Shown: positions 8,722 to 10,311 of the stretch, one piece after another
Position numbering within the stretch: the first letter of the stretch is position 1
How the letters are laid out: each line of letters starts with the position of its first letter
Position numbers and translations under genes: made by a program
Source of the DNA: a bacterium
GTDB taxonomy: Bacteria > Sysuimicrobiota > Sysuimicrobiia > Sysuimicrobiales > Kaftiobacteriaceae
Assembly (NCBI GenBank): GCA_044868695.1
Contig: JBIOWP010000097.1
Coordinates: forward strand, 1 to 10,311
Reading direction: 5' to 3'
Length of the DNA stretch: 10,311 nt
Notes under the pieces: model-generated
The model's database searches: none
What the model saw: the letters and a program-made list of their open reading frames with translations, nothing else
Told to the model about the DNA's origin: nothing

Positions 8722-9071
8722 GGCCGATCCATCGACTCGTCTCCCCCGAAGAGTTCCGACTGGTCTATCGCGAGGGACGCCGCGTAGTCCGGGATTCCGT
8801 GGCTGTGTACGTGCGGCGGAACAGGTTGCCGGTTTCCCGGGTGGGTTTTTCCGTCGCACGCGGCATCGGCACGGCAGTGGCGAGAAACCGGCTGCGCCGG
8901 CGGATTCGCGAGGCGTTCCGGCACGAGCAGGTGCGCCTGGCGGATGGGTTCGACGTGGTGCTGGTGCCGCGCGCCCCGGCAGCCGCGACGCCGTTTACTG
9001 AATTGCGGGCCGTCCTGCGGGAAGCCCTGATTCAGGCGGGGGTCACCGGCGGGCCCGGAGAACATTCCTGA
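8703..9071 (+). CDS. rnpA: Ribonuclease P protein component
   Basis: [23 protein letters not shown] motif [21 protein letters not shown]. Overlaps rpmH by 19 nt; GGAG lies 9 nt upstream of the GTG. Confidence 0.93.
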   Translation: MARDGVRPIHRLVSPEEFRLVYREGRRVVRDSVAVYVRRNRLPVSRVGFSVARGIGTAVARNRLRRRIREAFRHEQVRLADGFDVVLVPRAPAAATPFTELRAVLREALIQAGVTGGPGEHS

Positions 9072-9084
9072 TGGTGCGCAGACC

Positions 9085-9294
9085 ATGACCCGCGTCCTGC
9101 TGGGAGCGATCCGGTTCTATCAGCGCGTCGTCTCGCTGTACACGCCGCCCAGGTGCAGGTTCTACCCATCGTGCTCGGCTTACGCCGCGGAGGCTGTGGC
9201 GCGGTATGGAGCGTGGCGTGGGGCCGAGCTGGCCATCCGGCGCCTGCTGCGCTGCCACCCCTGGAACCCGGGCGGCTACGACCCGGTTCCGTAG
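9085..9294 (+). CDS. yidD: Membrane protein insertion efficiency factor YidD
   Basis: [34 protein letters not shown]; synteny between rnpA and yidC. Confidence 0.95.
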   Translation: MTRVLLGAIRFYQRVVSLYTPPRCRFYPSCSAYAAEAVARYGAWRGAELAIRRLLRCHPWNPGGYDPVP

Positions 9295-9325
9295 CGGCGC
9301 AGCCCCGCTAAGGAGGATCATGTAG

Positions 9326-10048
9326 TTGGTTAATCCCATCACGCTCATCGCCGACGGACTGGTCCAACTTCTACTGTTCTTCCACGGGCTGACGGGCAGT
9401 TATGGCATTGCCATTGTCTTGCTGACCCTCGTCATCAAACTTGTGATGCACCCCCTGACGCGCAAGTCGTTCAAGGCCATGAAAGCCATGCAGGCGCTGG
9501 CGCCGCAGATGACGGTGCTGCGCGAAAGACATAAGAGCGATCCGCGCACGATGAACGCCGAAATGATGAACCTGTACCGAACGAACCGCGTCAACCCGTT
9601 TTCCGGGTGCCTTCCGCAGCTGGTCCAGCTCCCCGTGCTCTATGGGCTGTTCGCCGCGCTGCGGCGCCCCGGGCTGTTCGGAGGCGAGACGTTTTTGGGG
9701 GCCGGCCTGGAGCAGGTACCATCCTTCGGGGCGATCGCCGCCCACCCGCTGCTGGCCATCTACCCTTTGCTGGTAGGGGCGACGACGTACCTGCAGCAGA
9801 TGATCTCGATCACCGACCCGCAGCAGGCGCGGATGTTTGTTTTCATGCCGATCATGGTCGCGTACTTCGCCACTAACTTCCAGATCGGCCTCTCCATCTA
9901 TTGGATCGTCTCCACACTCGCGTATATGGTAGAATACCTGCTCGTCGTCGGGCGGCTGCGGCCGGCCCCGGCGGGAACCGTGCCCGCGCCGAACCCGAAC
10001 CCCCCGCAGGTGCTATCCCAGCGCCCCAAGGGCACGAAGAAGAAATGA
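9326..10048 (+). CDS. yidC: Membrane protein insertase YidC/Oxa1, short form without a large periplasmic domain
   Basis: SYGIAIVLLTLVIKLVMHPL, MQALAPQM, NPFSGCLPQLVQLPVL, GLSIYWIVS. TTG start 9 nt after SD AGGAGG (9311-9316). Confidence 0.93.
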   Translation: MVNPITLIADGLVQLLLFFHGLTGSYGIAIVLLTLVIKLVMHPLTRKSFKAMKAMQALAPQMTVLRERHKSDPRTMNAEMMNLYRTNRVNPFSGCLPQLVQLPVLYGLFAALRRPGLFGGETFLGAGLEQVPSFGAIAAHPLLAIYPLLVGATTYLQQMISITDPQQARMFVFMPIMVAYFATNFQIGLSIYWIVSTLAYMVEYLLVVGRLRPAPAGTVPAPNPNPPQVLSQRPKGTKKK

Positions 10049-10311
10049 AGCAGGCCGAAGGCAGCGGGCGCACGGTCGAGGAGGCGGTCGACCAGGCGCT
10101 GAGCGACCTCGGGGTCAGCCGTGAGGACGTCGAGGTGGAAGTGCTGGACCCCGGCACGCGCGGGATGCTCGGGCTGGGCGCGCGCGATGCGCGGGTGCGC
10201 GTCACGCTGCGAGCGAACCCCGCGGCGGTCGCCCACACGCTCATGGAACGGCTGCTCGCGCAGATGGGCATGGGCGGCACCGTGCGCGCGCGGGAACAGG
10301 ACGACACCGTC
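10045..10311 (+). CDS. jag: RNA-binding protein Jag/KhpB (EloR), N-terminal part (runs off the right edge)
   Basis: Hand translation from ATG at 10045 (ATGA overlap with the yidC stop): MKQAEGSGRTVEEAVDQALSDLGVSREDVEVEVLDPGTRGMLGLGARDARVRV, a Jag_N domain; usual position after yidC. Confidence 0.9.
   Translation, partial: MKQAEGSGRTVEEAVDQALSDLGVSREDVEVEVLDPGTRGMLGLGARDARVRVTLRANPAAVAHTLMERLLAQMGMGGTVRAREQDDTV

Noticed and set aside
7869..8859. ORFs crossing the divergent promoter region (7869..8480, 8105..8416, 8197..8859, 8226..8411)
   Set aside because: No motifs, Arg/Pro/Ser-rich composition, and they overlap DnaA boxes and real genes; the region is better explained as regulatory/origin DNA.

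Overview
This high-GC window is a bacterial chromosomal replication-origin region. Minus strand, in transcription order: unknown GHKL-ATPase/kinase + winged-HTH gene, dnaA, dnaN, yaaA (S4), recF, DUF721/DciA-like, remB-like (DUF370), gyrB, gyrA (5' part). Plus strand, divergent: rpmH, rnpA, yidD, yidC, jag/khpB (5' part). The dnaA-dnaN spacer holds a Bacillus-type unwinding module (tandem DnaA boxes, DnaA-trios, pure A/T tract), and a second DnaA-box cluster lies upstream of rpmH. The main anomaly is an extra gene between that cluster and dnaA, where rpmH and dnaA are usually direct neighbours. It ends 40 bp before dnaA and encodes a kinase-like GHKL domain with no obvious His-phosphoacceptor domain, fused to a DNA-binding wHTH, making it a candidate uncharacterised regulator of replication initiation. 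The gyrase also has non-canonical residues at several quinolone and coumarin contact positions. Gene order suggests a high-GC Terrabacteria lineage, but taxonomy cannot be fixed from this window. All calls come from reading motifs by eye; no searches were run.
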